Virus record (IMG/VR): IMGVR_UViG_3300035498_000621
Location: 97,413 to 161,412 of that record
Origin: a virus
Lineage: Duplodnaviria; Caudoviricetes
Direction: 5' to 3' (one strand)
Length of the DNA: 64,000 nucleotides
Shown here: positions 1 to 14,382 of the stretch, in pieces
Layout: each line of letters starts with the position of its first letter
Position numbering within the stretch: the first letter of the stretch is position 1
Notes under the pieces: model-generated
What the model saw: the letters and a program-made list of their open reading frames with translations, nothing else
The model's database searches: none
What the model was told of the DNA's origin: nothing
Program-made: the position numbers and the translations under genes

Positions 1-318
1 TGCTTTTCTTAAAAAATACGAAGTTGCATAAGCATCAGCACCTTTTTTAATGTTACCTTTTTCATCAATATTATGCAACCCTGCTGTATTATCAAGACCT
101 TCATAACCATTGTCATCAATTACTGTTGTTAATCCACCAGTTCCATCAATAAGATGTCTCCTAAGAATATTTAAACGTCTCCAAGTTTCTTCACGTTCAG
201 AATTGGATATTTTTTTATTTTTATAATAATCATCAAATGCATCTCTATCTGATAATAATTTTGCCAATTCTGCTCTATCTACTTTAGTTCCAAAAACCTC
301 AAATGTTTTATCAGCCAT
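1..318 (-). CDS. 5' part of a probable large virion cargo protein; runs off the window
   Basis: ATG at 318, open frame (MADKTFEVFGTKVDRAEL...) to position 1; lies downstream of the muzzle/cargo genes, where crAss phages keep large cargo/vRNAP genes. Confidence 0.5.
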   Translation of the reverse strand, partial: MADKTFEVFGTKVDRAELAKLLSDRDAFDDYYKNKKISNSEREETWRRLNILRRHLIDGTGGLTTVIDDNGYEGLDNTAGLHNIDEKGNIKKGADAYATSYFLRKA

Positions 319-331
319 ATATATTTATAAT

Positions 332-368
332 AAAAAATGGGAGCATATAAATTAATATATACTCCCAT
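332..368 (-). terminator. intrinsic terminator
   Basis: ATGGGAG...CTCCCAT stem followed by a T-run on the minus strand. Confidence 0.7.
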
Positions 369-384
369 CTAGGTTTAAGATTAA

Positions 385-696
385 TTATTTCTTAATTCTT
401 CGGAGTAAAATTCCTCCTTTTTTAAATACAGGCTCTCCTTGTGGAGCTTCTTGCTCTTGAGTAGCTGCCTGTTGTACGATCTCTGCTAGTCCTTGACATA
501 CTTGCATTGCCATTTGGCAATCTCCTGATTGTAGTGCTTGCATAGCGCCTTGAGCAAGCATAATTAGAGGATTTTGTCCTTCAGCAGGTTGCTATTCTTC
601 ACCTGCTGGCATTTCCTCTTCAGGTGCTGGAGCTTCTTGTTCAATAGAACCTCCAGTTTGAAATTTTTTGATTGAATTTTTAGGTATAAATTTCAT
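385..696 (-). CDS. small acidic Gln/Ala-rich protein (103 aa, 1 in-frame TAG); probable internal virion protein
   Basis: MKFIPKNSIKKFQTGG...VFKKGGILLRRIKK; TAA stop; xxGG motifs at both ends. Confidence 0.75.
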
Positions 697-792
697 ATTA
701 AATTAATTTAATTTAGATGTTATTAATAATGGTAAATTTACAAATATTATATGATTTGTCAAAAAACTATTCAATATTAAAAATATTATAAT

Positions 793-1356
793 TTATGATG
801 GACTATCTACATATTCAGCAGGACGTTCATCCTAAATTTTTATACATTTAAACATATATTTACCAAGAGCTTTAAAATCTTTATCATCTTGTGATTCTTG
901 AGCTTTTTTAGCTTTTTTTATAAGAACTTTTGTATTTGCTCTACTAAAAATACGTTCTCCTCCCCATAATTGATACTATTCTGAACCATCTTGAAAAAGA
1001 ACTTTCATTATCGGACCTTCGTCTGAATCATCAATTTCAAGCTCATCTCCTTTAGATATTCCAGAGTTTGCATTTACTTCTAATACATATGCAACATCAT
1101 CACAATCTACTAAAGTTTCATCTTTAGCTTTTCTTGTAGCTACTTTCATTACTTCATAATCTTCATTAATAAATACTTGATCAAGATTTATTAAAGTATC
1201 TTTCATAGTCATAGCTACTGTTTTTGGAGGATCGAAAAAGAAAAGCATACCTTCATCTTTTGGAAGATTAGTTACTCCTTTTAACCCTTGAAATAATTCT
1301 TCTTCTGTTCTAGCTTCTTGAACAGTATATGTTTTTCCAGCTATTTTAATTATCAT
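793..1356 (-). CDS. DUF192-like protein with C-terminal GGERIFS domain (187 aa)
   Basis: GLKGVTNLPKDEGMLFFF...MKDT..LD.VF...YVLEVNA matches the DUF192 pattern; frame continues through TAG at 976 to TAA at 793. Confidence 0.75.
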
Positions 1357-2276
1357 GGTTGAGTGAAAACAAATTTAATTGGAACATTTTCTTCAATTAC
1401 AGCTGTATCAACTGGAACTTTTGGTTCATTTGATACAACATTCTATGGTGCATTTCCTTGTTCAATTGAAGCGTCTGTTTCTTTAAAATTAACTGGATAT
1501 CCTTGTCTAGTAAATGAATGATCTTTTACAAATCCAACTTTGCCATTATACCATAAATCTGTAGAATCATTAGCAACTATTGGAATATTAAATGGAGTTG
1601 CTCCAGCAAATATTTCACCAGCAGCATTACCAATAGCTGGCGCTGTGTAATTTAAAACTGGCCCAACAACATATTTCCTGCCTAAATTTGTAGCTCCTAA
1701 TGTTATACCAACAGTTGTTTTAGGGTATTTTTTTACTAATCCAACTGTTCTTTTTATTAATGATGGTTTTTTATTTTTTGTAGTATCATTATCATTTTTT
1801 GGAGGCTATGCACCAGCAGTAGTTGTTCCAGTAGTAGCTGTTGTAGTCGTAGCATCTGCAGCGGTTCCTGTAGCGGCCCCTGCAGCTGTTCCAGTCGTAG
1901 CACCAGTAGCTGTACCTGCGGCTGTACCAGTAGATGCACCTGCGGCTGTTTTCTTTTTTCCAGAAGCTTTTTTTGCAAATAATACTGGTGGCATTGATCT
2001 AGCTGGATAAGAAGTAACATCTGAAGACATAAACTGTCCTCTAGGCACTTCTTCAATTTCAGATTCTTGAAATCTTGGAGATACTGCATCTGATAAATAT
2101 CCTATTCCATTTGAAATTCCTTGTCTAACAAAATTTCCAGTATCTCTTAAACCATTTGCAATTGCATCTTTATTATTTATAATTCCTAAACTAGCTAATG
2201 TTGCTCCAGTAGCTAAAGCTCCATATGTTAATAATTCTCCAGTAATTGGATTAAATAAAAGCGCGGGAAAAGCCAT
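1353..2276 (-). CDS. putative cargo/ejection protein with hydrophobic segments and Thr/Ala/Gly-rich linker (307 aa)
   Basis: Read-through of TAG at 1806 gives a TGA that overlaps the next ATG (ATGA). Confidence 0.7.
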
Positions 2277-2279
2277 ATA

Positions 2280-4430
2280 TTATAGTAATTTATTTGTATT
2301 ATCAATTGTATTATTAAGAATCTCTTCTACTAAAAGTTTACCTGCTTCTATAGCAGCTTTATCTGAACCGTCTTTAGCTAATTCTTCTAATTTTTTAGTA
2401 ACTTCAAGTCTAAATATAATTTCTTCACGTTCTATTTCAGCTTGTTGTTCTAATTCTCCACCTTCTTTTTCAGCTACAACAGGTATCCCTTTTTTAGTTA
2501 AATTATCTGCATTCTCCATATGATGAAGTCTAGCATGAAGTGCTCCTTCAGGAATTACATTAAATGAACCACCCTCTTTAAATTCAGGTATTTCATCTTC
2601 TGGTTCCATTGCCATTATAATTGAATTAATATTTAATGTTCCTCCTTTTTTAAAACCTTCTGTTGCATCTTCTGGTTCTTCTGCTATTAATATAGAATTA
2701 TTAATATTTAATGAACCACCATCTTTAAATTTTTTAGCTTCATCAAGTTTATTTTTTCTTACATATTTCCAATAAGGATCACTTTTTATTAAATCCCATT
2801 CTTTTCTAAATTCTTTAGCGTTGTCAGAATAGTACCAATTTACTTCCATTTGATGATTTGGATGATTACTTGATTTCATATATTCAATTTCATCAGTATT
2901 AGGATTTTGAGCAACAGAATTAGCATGCCAACGATTATCATCCTAATTAAACGTAAACATACCTTTTACAATAGCTTCTGCAAAATTCTTTGGGCGACCA
3001 TTAAATTCCCAATAATCTCTTACTCTAAAATCTTTATCACTTTTCTAATAATCAGGAAGTGAATTTAAATATGATGTAAATTGAAAATCTTCTATAGTTC
3101 CACCTTTTTGATATTTTTCTTTTCTTTTAGATATATTATATTGATTTGCTATTTTTTTAGCTTGTAAAACCATACCATGTTTTCCTCTAGAAAGATATGG
3201 ATTTAATCCTCCTGATAATTTAAGACTTCTTCTAGTTCCATTTATATAAGACATTGAATTTCGTAATGCATTTTGCGTAGTAGCTAAATTATTTATTTGA
3301 CCTAATGTATACATCTAGTTACTTGCATCAGATATTTTATCCTATAAATCATCAGTTTGTCCAGTTAATCTACCAATTAATCCAACTTTTTTACCAGAAT
3401 ATTTAACAGCATCATCAATAGTTTTATTAGACGCAGTATATGAAGCTCCAATATTAGTAAATACATCTTCATCTTTAGTAATAGTATTTAATTTAGTACC
3501 TCCAAATCCATTAATTGCACCAATATTCCAATTAAAGAAATTACTTCCTAATACTGCATCAGTAGCAGTTACGCCATCAGTTCCGCCTCCTAATGCATTT
3601 AATCCTTTTCCAAGAAATTCCGCTAATTGCATAGAACCACCAACTACCATTCCAACTGGTCCAAATGCATAAGCGGCACTTTTAATAGCATCATATCCAG
3701 CATCCATAGTTTTGGTAGTATCTCCATACTAACCTTCATATTCAGTTTTTTCTGGTAAAAAATTTCCAGCAATATCAGCAACAGAACCAGCAATTGCAAA
3801 TGCATTTCCTGTTTTAGCTCGACCTAAACTTTTAAGTTTATCTGGATCTGTAATCTTTTTTTTAGCAGCATCAATTGCTTTAAGACTTTTAACAGAATTC
3901 GCAATTCTACCAGTATTTTCGCTTACTGAAGATACAGTCTATGCAGCTTTACCTCCAAGCTAAGAAGTTAATTGATTTCCTATTTTCGTTGCACTATCTA
4001 AAATTTGCTTTTGATAGTCTATATTTTCCCCAGTTAAACTTGAAATATCAATATCATCTTCTGTTTTTGTTTGATATGGTGTAAGAAAAGAAGTAGAAGG
4101 CATAGAATCATTCATCATATTCTATCCTAAATATTGTGCTCTTATATCATTACTATTCTATAATGCCATACCTGTTTTAAAATGCATATCACTCAAATCT
4201 GACTAAATACTATTTCCAAATTGTTGAGCAACATTATCATAATTAAACTACTATTGTATTGGCCATGAATCTAAATTTGGAATATCTAACTAAGACTAAA
4301 AATTATAAGAATTATTTAAATAATTGTTAAATAAATTATTCCAATAATCATATTTGCTGCCTGAGCTCTATTGATCGCTCAGGTCAGCAAATGAATAATT
4401 TTTAAAATTTATGTTACTGTCTAAACTCAT
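2280..4430 (-). CDS. putative virion cargo protein (716 aa) with Gly-rich hydrophobic segments and repeated (F/Y)xxGG motifs
   Basis: ORFs 3342-3707, 3045-3314 and 2280-2879 share one frame from ATG 4430; position just after the muzzle-like gene. Confidence 0.7.
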
Positions 4431-4432
4431 TT

Positions 4433-7400
4433 TTATGCATAGCTTGCAGAATATAATGTTTTAATAGCATTAATTATTGCTAAATCTTCACCACTATATC
4501 TGATTCTAATTTTAATAAATTTATCTTTTAATTTTACTTCTTTATTATTTTTATCAGAAATATTCCACTAAACAATATTTCTTTCCCAATCATCAGGAAG
4601 ATTAATAGTTTTTATATTTCCATCTTCATCATAAAGATCTTTAGGAGGGCTAAATAAATTACATTCAGACGGAACTAATTTCTTTTGTTTATTACCATAA
4701 TAATTAGTCCAATCTTCTTGTTTTTCATTTTTCTATACAAGATTAATTGGATTTATTTGTACATCCCATCTATCTTCTTTATAATGCATATTTCCTCTTA
4801 TTCGACCACCTTTTTTAAAATCTCTAATATCTACAGCTTTAGCGTGATTCCAAATTCTATATTCATTTAAATTTTTATATCGTACAATTTCTGCTCCTGC
4901 TAATGCTGAGAAATTTTTATCATTATTTCCATAATTATTCTATTCTCCATAAAGATGATAAGAATCTTCAACATCATTAATTTTATCTTGTCTAGCATAA
5001 TATAAAGGAAATATTGTAGATTTTGCATAATAAGTATTATTATTTTCAATTTCTATAGGTGTGTCTTTACATTCACTATAATCATCATTATAAACAATAT
5101 CACTTCCATTATATGCATATAATTCTTTGGTTGCTTCTTGACGAATATACATATTTTTTTTGTCATTTGCAAAATCATAACAATCTCCAACAATTTCATA
5201 ATGAAAAGATTCTGGAGAAGCATTATTGCTTATAATCTAAAGATTATCAAATATTTTATGAATTTGAGGATTTTCAGCAACAACAAATTCAAATTCAAAT
5301 GGATGTTGTTTTCCATACCAATATGTTGGAGCAATTTCATCAGCAATATCAATAATTCCTGCCTATCCATGCTTCCAAAAATCAGTAGTAAGAAATTGCT
5401 AATTTGATTTAGGAATTACAGCAATAACTGAATCATAATATCCACTATCAACATAAATTCTATTCGTATTACTTTTACCATATGCTTCAACTAATGATAA
5501 TGGAGTATCAGTATCATAAGATATTTGAATATTTACTCTTACATTTAAAAGAATAACTATTTTATCAGAATTTTTTTGTTCGTTTAATCTAATTTTACAA
5601 CCACGTTCATTAGTTTTTATTTTTCCAGTAGAATCATCAGTTTCATATATTTCAGCACAAATATCATCATATTCACCAGTAAATATTAAATATGGAGCAT
5701 CATATTTTTGTATTGTATTATTTCCCGATTCTTTATCATTAGTATCCACTTTATCGGAATCAATCAAATCAACATTTCCTAAATCAGTATCAATTGATGA
5801 ATCTATAGTAGGTATTTTTCTTAATGTAGAATTACTAATTGGATCTCCTTCATTTACAATTACAAAATTTTTATAATTTCCATAATTATCTCTTTTTAAA
5901 CTATATGTTTTTTTAATTTCAATACCATCACCTGTTGGTAAAGTTCTATTATCTAAATATAGTTTAGATTTCCAATTATTTCCAGTAATTACATTATCTT
6001 CAAGAGTAATTCCATCAGAAAAATTATTACCATGATGACTTACTCCAAGTTTAGCAATCCATTTAGAAGTATTTCTATCAAAACTAAAATACTAATTATA
6101 TATATTTTCAGAATAAGATGGAATCCAAGAATAAAAAGTTATCCATTTCGCTAATCTTTCATTATAACATAAATTCCAAACTTTTTCATTAAATCCATAT
6201 AAATTATCATAAAATGTAAACATCACATCATCTTTAAACCTATTATAATGCGCTTTTACATTTCTAATTCCAATTATTGGTGTAAGCTCTCTTTCAGTAA
6301 GAGATATATTATTATTTAAAAATTCCTATACTTTAAAATCAGATATAATTTCCATTGCAGTTCCATCTGTTCTCCAAATTTTCTTTCCAATTGTATCAAC
6401 ACCATATACAGCTTTTGGAGTTTTAATAATAGATTCTTTCCACTAACTTCCAAAAACATCAGAAAGCACCTTTGGATTTTCAGGAAGTACATTTGAAGTA
6501 TTAATATAAACATATCCTCCTGTACCTTGTCCAGCTACAGCTCTTTCATTTACATTAATTAATAATACTCCATGTTCGCATATACATAATAAATTACCTC
6601 GTAATTCTACTAATTTTGTAATAGATCCATATGTTTTAGGATAATCTCGATAATGCGTTCCCTAAAACACTCTAAATCCATTTTTAAATGCATCAGTTAC
6701 ATGAACATCTGAATATGCTATTCTATTTGTAAAATCATTTTTAATGGCAGGAACGTCTTGAACTTCAAAATTATATCTTTCAGAAACAGATTTTTCAAAT
6801 CCACTATTATGACATAATGCTTCAGGAACTTTATAAGCTCCATCTGGAGACATTGGTTGATATGGATAAAATCCTCTGTCATGCCCAGTTATTGCTGTTT
6901 CATCAGGAATTGAATCATCAATAGATCTAATATTTAAATTTTTAGTAGATCTAATTGTAATTGTTATCCACATTCCTAATTTAATAGCATTAACATCTCC
7001 AAGATTTATATCTTCAAATTTTTCTTTATTAACAACTTGATCATTAACTTCATAATTATCAGCCCAACAATCAGGATCTACAATTTTATCATTAGTTGGA
7101 GCAGATGGATCCTAGAAATTTCTATTTAATCTATGTGTAAATTGACAAATATAACAGTCTCCTCTATATAATATATTGTTAAGTTCTGTTTTATCATCTG
7201 TTGTTTCAAAATAATCATCATAAGATTTGCAAGGAATTCTTTCAGATATAGCATAAAATGAACTTTTATCATTATATCTAATTTTGAAATATGATTCTAA
7301 ATTAGATTCTGCGTATCCAGGAATTTTTATATCAATTAATTTACCACTATAAATATATCCCTTAGTACCTAAATATGGACCATATGAACCTCTTACAAGA

Positions 7401-10093
7401 TTTGTAGCATCTGTAATTTTATTTTCTTTTTCAAAATACTCAAATCTATAAGCTTCTTCTGCTTCTCCCGCTCTTGCAGAATATAATGATTCATTTATTG
7501 AAACAAGTTTTGTATTGTCTTCAAGACCTATAATTTTAGTAGCATATAAATTAGAATTAGAAGGAGGATCAAATGAATTTCCTGACATGTAGAAATTTCT
7601 TTCATCTTGAGTAAGATAATTCTAACTTGGCTAAAAATCAGATTCTTGTATTATAAAAGATTCTCCAGTAAATAATGAATTATAATACGGATAATTTACA
7701 TCATATTCTGGACAAATAGCACCTTCATTTCTAACTGAATTTGTATTATTAAATTTGTACAATCTGCTATCAAAATCATGTGTTAAAATTTTTGAATTGT
7801 CTAAAAAACTTTCAGATACAAATTCATCTTTTCCAGATGGTATTAAAGGCGTTTTACTTTCTTTATCAATACCTATAGTATAAGCCTAACAATAAATAGT
7901 TGGGATTCTTTTCTATCTTACAAAGAAAAATCCTTTAATATTTAATGTATTTTTAATATAATCAAGAACCTCATCAGTTGTTTCAATTTTAATTCCAAAT
8001 ACCTATTGTGCAGAAGATTTATTAGAATTATTCCAATTTAACTAAATAACTCCTTTGCTATTTTCAAATTGATGTGAAGATGACCTAAAGTCATTTTTTT
8101 CGCAATTTTTATATGAATCAACATCAGATATTATTTTATAAGTATCTTCTTCTGTCATAATATAATTTCTGGTTTTTCCATCTTGCTAATACATTGGAAT
8201 TTTTGAATATTCTGTATTATTAGTTACATTTTCAGTTCCACGTATATTAAATACTGGAGATAAAGTATTATCAGATAAAATATAAACTATTCCTAATCTA
8301 TATATTTCATGATTCCAATATCCTGTCTAATTATAAATATAATTAGAATCATAATATCCTTTAACCGTACTACTTATATTATAATCTTGATCAATTTGAA
8401 CTTCATAATCAACATTACTTAACTAAGGAAAAAATCTTAATGATAAATCAGTTAATTCTTTATATGGAATATCTGGTTTATGAATATGCCCAATAAATAA
8501 CATATTCTAACAACTAGCCTAAGTTTCAATTGAATCTGCTACTAAATAATATGGATTAATTTCTGTTAAAGGTATATCTGTTGTATTTTCATATCCAGTT
8601 ATAACAATATTACATTTAAAATTATTATTTACAAGAAATTTCTATTCAATTTTTTTAGCAGTAACAGTAGCATTTTCTAAAATATCACTAGTTGCTTTAG
8701 TATAATATACAGTTACATACTAATATGCACTGTCTATATTTGATAATAAAAACTAAACATTTTTATGTGAATTTTCATCTCTAAATCCAGTTCTACAAGA
8801 ACCAGGATCTCCACCGATAAATACAGATACTAATCCAGATTCACATACAAAATCTGTTTCATTACCATCTGCATCTGCATATTTAAAATAGAAATGATAA
8901 TTACCAACTGATAACTATCCTCCATAATTTACTCCATAAAATTTTAATTTTGGAATTTCTATAACTCTTTTATAAAGAGATGTATCAATATCAAATTGAG
9001 AACCCTAATCATATATATTAGTATCATTATCACCTTTTCTATCAACAATCTAATATTGATTTCTTTCAGTAGCACTAAATCTTGAATTAATTAATTTAGG
9101 CTAATTACTTCCATCATTTAAAATAAGATTTACAGAACCATCATAAGAATACTATGGTAAAATATCAACTGGATGATTAAGATCACATTTTAATTCATCG
9201 GTTTCAAAATCTGCTAATTCTCCAGCTTCCATTAATACAGGATCATCTTGATCTTTTGGAATATTTTGCCATGTATTACCATAATTATTTTTAATCCAAT
9301 TTAAAGCTTCTTCATTAGTTGTAACATTTTCTGCTTTAATATTTAATTCATCAAGTAATTCACATGGAGTAAATAATCTATTTTTATAATAATACATTGT
9401 TTGAGTTAATCTATAATTTCTAAAAGGATTATACTCATAAACTAAATTTCCTTTGCTTGGTAAAAGTTTAGCAATTACTCCAAAATTTATTTGTTCTTCT
9501 AAAGCAGAATTAAAACTTATATTTTTAGTTTTATAATCTGATGAACTATATATATATTCTTTATCATCACCATCAATTATAAATGAATTTCCAGCCTAAA
9601 CATAATCACCAAAATCAACAGATAAATCAGAATCTTCAAGTTCTTCATCTACAGAAGGAAGATTTGGATTTGAAGGCTAAGTATCTTTATCTGTATTATC
9701 AGTAGAATTATTAGATGAATTATCAGAAGAATCATCTTTACCTAAACTATCTTTTCCAGATGATGCTTCACTTGATTCTTCTGCTTTATTATCATTTTTA
9801 TCTACATTACTTAAATCAGTATTTTCTAAAGTTGTATCTTTATCTGTATTATCAGTAGAATTATTAGTATTTGATGAACCAGAAGATTTTTCATCAGTAT
9901 CTACAGCAAGATTATTATCTAATTTATCTACATTACTTAAATCAGTATCTGTAGAATTATCCGTTGATTCATTTTCATTTGATGATCCTGTATCATCTGT
10001 ATCTACTTTTAAACTTGAATCAATACGATCTATATCACTTAAATCAGTATTTTCAAGTTCACTTCCATCGATAGTATTCTAAATTTCTGACAT
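4433..10093 (-). CDS. large tail stabilization/muzzle-like protein (about 1886 aa) with acidic repetitive N-terminus
   Basis: Five ORF-track fragments are in frame with ATG 10093; YHFYFKYADADGNET motif and C-terminal KIRIRYSG; crAss gene order. Confidence 0.7.
9680..10060 (-). repeat. intragenic repeats encoding TDLS(N/D)(V/I)D(K/R) x3 and NSTDNTDKDT x2
   Basis: tatctacattacttaaatcagta at about 9800 and 9925; gtatctttatctgtattatcagtagaattattag at about 9681 and 9834. Confidence 0.85.
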
Positions 10094-10110
10094 AATTTTA
10101 TTTATAATTA

Positions 10111-13100
10111 TTAAACTCTAGTATTATATCCAGAACCACCATAACTATTATTTCCACTAACCAATTTAAGCGAACTATTACCATTATATAAACCATAATG
10201 TCCACTACCGTCACCAGCTTTATAAGTATAACTCCATTGCTAACTTAACAATTTAGCTTCATCAAAACATAATTCATTATTTTTTAGCATTAATGCATCA
10301 TATATAGGAAAAGTTACACCATCATTATTTTTATCACTAAAAGTTATAATAACTTTATCATCATCATTAATTTTTAAAGAAGATGTTTTATATAATTTTG
10401 AATTTGAATTTAATATTTCAAAATCTTTAGTATCACTATTATATATATATATTTTACCAGATGTTTTAACTTTTCCTGCTTTTTCTTCAGAATTATTAAT
10501 ATTAAATCGCCAATAAGAATTAATGCTATTCTTTTTAGCTTCAGTATATATATCATACAAATTACTAGTATCTAATTTAAATGTATGATTAAATACATAA
10601 TTTTGAGCAGAAAGAGATGTTTTCTTATGTAATAAATTATTATAATTAATATTTTTAAAATTATTATTAATTATATTACATAATCCATTTAAAGTACAAT
10701 TCTATTTAGATTCAAAATAATATGGTTTTAAATATAAAACAGTATCACATGTATTATTATTACTAGTAAATTTAGGCGTATAATGTATATTAAATGACCA
10801 TGTTTCTGTATATGGATCAACATAATTAATATTATCAACTATGTATTTATCAATATTAGCAGCACTAGTATTTACAGTATAAATCTAAGATAAAAATGTT
10901 AATATAAAATTAGATAATTTAGTTGGAGTATATATATTATCTCCATCACTATTTGTATTAGATGAACTAATACTTTCATTTTTAAATATTCCATCAGAAT
11001 GACAATTAATAGGAATATAATGATTTTCTGATGATTTTACCCAAATTTCAAATCTTTTTTGCATATTAGCATCTGTACTAGTTTCGGATTTTATATATAC
11101 ACCTTTAGGAGAAAATCCATCAGCATTACCTTCACTATGATAAAGTATTTGCATACATCCACTAGTTCCAAGCATCCATTGATTTAAATAATTTGTATAA
11201 GGAGGAGTATCATCCCAATAATTAGATCTAGAAAATTCATCAGATGGATTCCAATCATCTTTTGTTGAAATATATTTATTAATAGATGCTAATGTATTTT
11301 CTGTTTCTTTAGAACTACTTCCAGATATATGTTGATAAAAACCAAATCCGAATGGATCACCTGCACCTATATCTCTATGTCTTTCTGTAAAGAAATATTT
11401 TAAAAGTCCAGATTTACTATTAAATCCATTACTAACTAAATCAGAATCTGTATAAATTATAGGTCTAATTTCCTAACCAACATTTATAGATTTTAATACT
11501 AATCTATCAGCATTAATTTTTGAAATGATAGCTCCTTTAATTGCAAGCTATAATTTCTAATTAGATATATTAAGAGCACTTATATAAAATGAATCTTTAC
11601 AATTTTCATCATAACTTGAATTTCCATTTATTAAATTATTAATTTTTTTACCTAATGTTTTAATATCAATATTTTTATCAAAATATGGTTTAACTAATTC
11701 TATTGAGTCATTTGTATATTTAGATGATTTTTCATAAATTACTGAATCATCAGATAATGATATAGATTTAGAATTATTAAGAGTTTCTTCAATTTGTTCA
11801 TTTGCTGTTTTTATAAAATCTATATGATAATTAGTTAATCCAAATAATTTATTATATTTTGGAACAATATCAACATTAAATGTTACATTATTTATTGATG
11901 TAGTAATATCATTAAAATCATCTTGCCCATAATTTACAGTTGTTATATTAAATCCTAATGAATCCTAACATGAATTTAATTCAGAATCTACCATTAAATT
12001 AGGAGTATAAGTATCTAAAGTTGCAATAATATTATCATTACAATTATTAGTTATATCAAATCCTACATAATTATCTAATTTTAATGTATTAAAATCAAGT
12101 ATATTTCCTTTAATAAATTCATCGTTAAATTGTCCAGTTGTATATAACCAACCATATGTATGTAAATAATATGGTTTATTAGATTCATCTTTTTTACTAT
12201 AATGTATGCATAAATTAACTAAATATAAATAATTTTTTAATATTGGCTATCCAGTTATTCTTGAATCACTTACAGCTGAATTTTTTAATCTAATTATTTC
12301 TTGAAAATTTCCAGAATATGATTCTTTTCCAGAAATAGTATATTGTGATAATTGATAATCAAAAATTTCTCTACCTGAATAATAATCAGTATTTGAAGTT
12401 TTGATTACTCCTTTATTATAATTCTAAATAATACTATCGAATGGAATAAAAGTTAAAACAATTTTATCAATTTTTTCTTTCATTGCAGGATATACAGATA
12501 ATCCCCAATTAAAATAAAATGATGATTCTTGAATATAATATCTCCATTCAGTTATTTTTGTCGCACTAGAATTAATTCCAGATCCAATTTCTGCAAAATT
12601 AATCTAACCACTACTAGCTAAATATGGAATTTTACCAAATTTCATAGCTGGAATAAGAGTATAATCCCATATATAATTTTTTAATTCATCGTTATTAGAT
12701 GATGGATATGTAAATTTACCAACAATAGTTGAAATTGATTTATCAGTTCCATCATTTTTTCTATCTTCAATATTTTCCTAGGTTATAGTATATGCTGAAT
12801 TTTCAAGTACATCTGTAGTAATCCCTTCGGATATTTGTGAAGATGAAATAATTGAATATTTTGGATTAATTGATTTATGATTACTAGTCCAATTTAAATA
12901 AAATTTAATTTGAACATCATTTTTTTCTATATTATCAGTATCAATATAATTAGATTTTATAATATCAGCATCCCATGAAACAGAAAATGAATCAATTACT
13001 TTGAGTTCAAAAAGTAAAGCTAATTCTCCAGATACTTTACTTTTAAAAATATTATATGCAGATGATACCAATGATCTATAACTATCTACTTTATTAGATA

Positions 13101-13809
13101 TTGTTTCATCATCTGTTATATCATAATCAGATATATAATAATTTCCTTTATAATTATTACCTTTATCATCTGTTACATTTATTTCATAATCCCATTTTAA
13201 TGAATCATCAAGATATGTTATTTTACCATCATCTCCTAAACATACTACATGAATAGTTATATTTTTTGGATCATTATCAATTTTAGGTTCTTTAGAAGTA
13301 GAAGGTAAATCTGAAATACACTAAAATTTTACATTATTTTTAATACCATTATTAGTAGAATATATTTTATATTTATCTCCAGGATTTAATATAAAATCAT
13401 CATCGTATAGTTTTAATTTTACAATAACATTTTTTATTTCATTATTATTTTCATTAATAAAACTTGAATTAGAAATTATTGGATTAAGATCCGATACTTC
13501 TTCTGTAGAAATATTTCTTTCTGGAGATGGAAAACTACCAATCTATGTTTTATTTATTAATGGATTATATGAAACAATATAAATAATTCCTCCTAATTCT
13601 GCAGTTCCAATTGGTACATAACCTTCAGGAAGATATGCAGTTTCAACTCTACCATTACCCATATCATTCTATAATACATATTCATTACCATTATATGTAA
13701 TTATAGTACCATTTAAACAATTTGTTAATACATTATTTGGAGTTGATAATGGATTTAAATCCATTACTAATCCTTCAGCAAAAGTATTACTTGCTTCGCT
13801 TCTTTTCAT
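10111..13809 (-). CDS. tail stabilization/muzzle-family protein (1232 aa)
   Basis: N-terminus NTFAEGLVMDLNP...LTNCLNGT...NDMGN...G..P.G..E.GGIIYIVSYNP...IGSFPSP is the crAss Tstab N-terminal signature; three ORF fragments in frame. Confidence 0.75.
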
Positions 13810-14381
13810 AGAAAATCATATTTGTTTTCATATATTAATATATCTTTAAATTTTAGAGGTTCTCTTGTTATAATAAGTTCTGCTTTATCTGTAATTAATT
13901 TTGGGACATAAAATTTAAAATTTATTTTAGATATATATGGAATTCTAAAAATATATCGTTTACCAAATTCTTTTATTTTACATTCATCTAGTATCTAATA
14001 CATAAATACATTATTAAAAGTAAAATTCTTTTTAGGCCTTCCTTTTTTATTCTTTTGACTTATATAATTATTATATTGTTTATCAGTAAGAGCAAAATAA
14101 TAATATCCGTCCCATTTTATTTTATTTCTTTTATACAATACTCTTAATTTTATTGATAATTTTTTAATATAATATAAGAAATACTATATTGAATTCTTTT
14201 TAAGATGTCCTATATAACACCATAAATCTTTATCCTATATAAAAGTATCACCTCCATAACTATTATGTAAATATAATGATTTCCATCCATAATTTAAAAC
14301 ATACTAAATATCCTTTTTTGGAACATTAGGAAAACGCTCATATAATTGTTCATAATAATCTTTAATTGTTTTAATTTCCAT
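13806..14381 (-). CDS. basic protein, possibly IHF/HU-like (191 aa)
   Basis: Open under code 15 with ATGA overlap; basic; sits where crAss phages have IHF-like genes (function inferred from synteny). Confidence 0.55.
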
Positions 14382-14382
14382 A

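Noticed and set aside
9680-10060. Possible CRISPR-like array
   Set aside because: Repeats are few, irregularly spaced and in frame within a coding region; no cas genes
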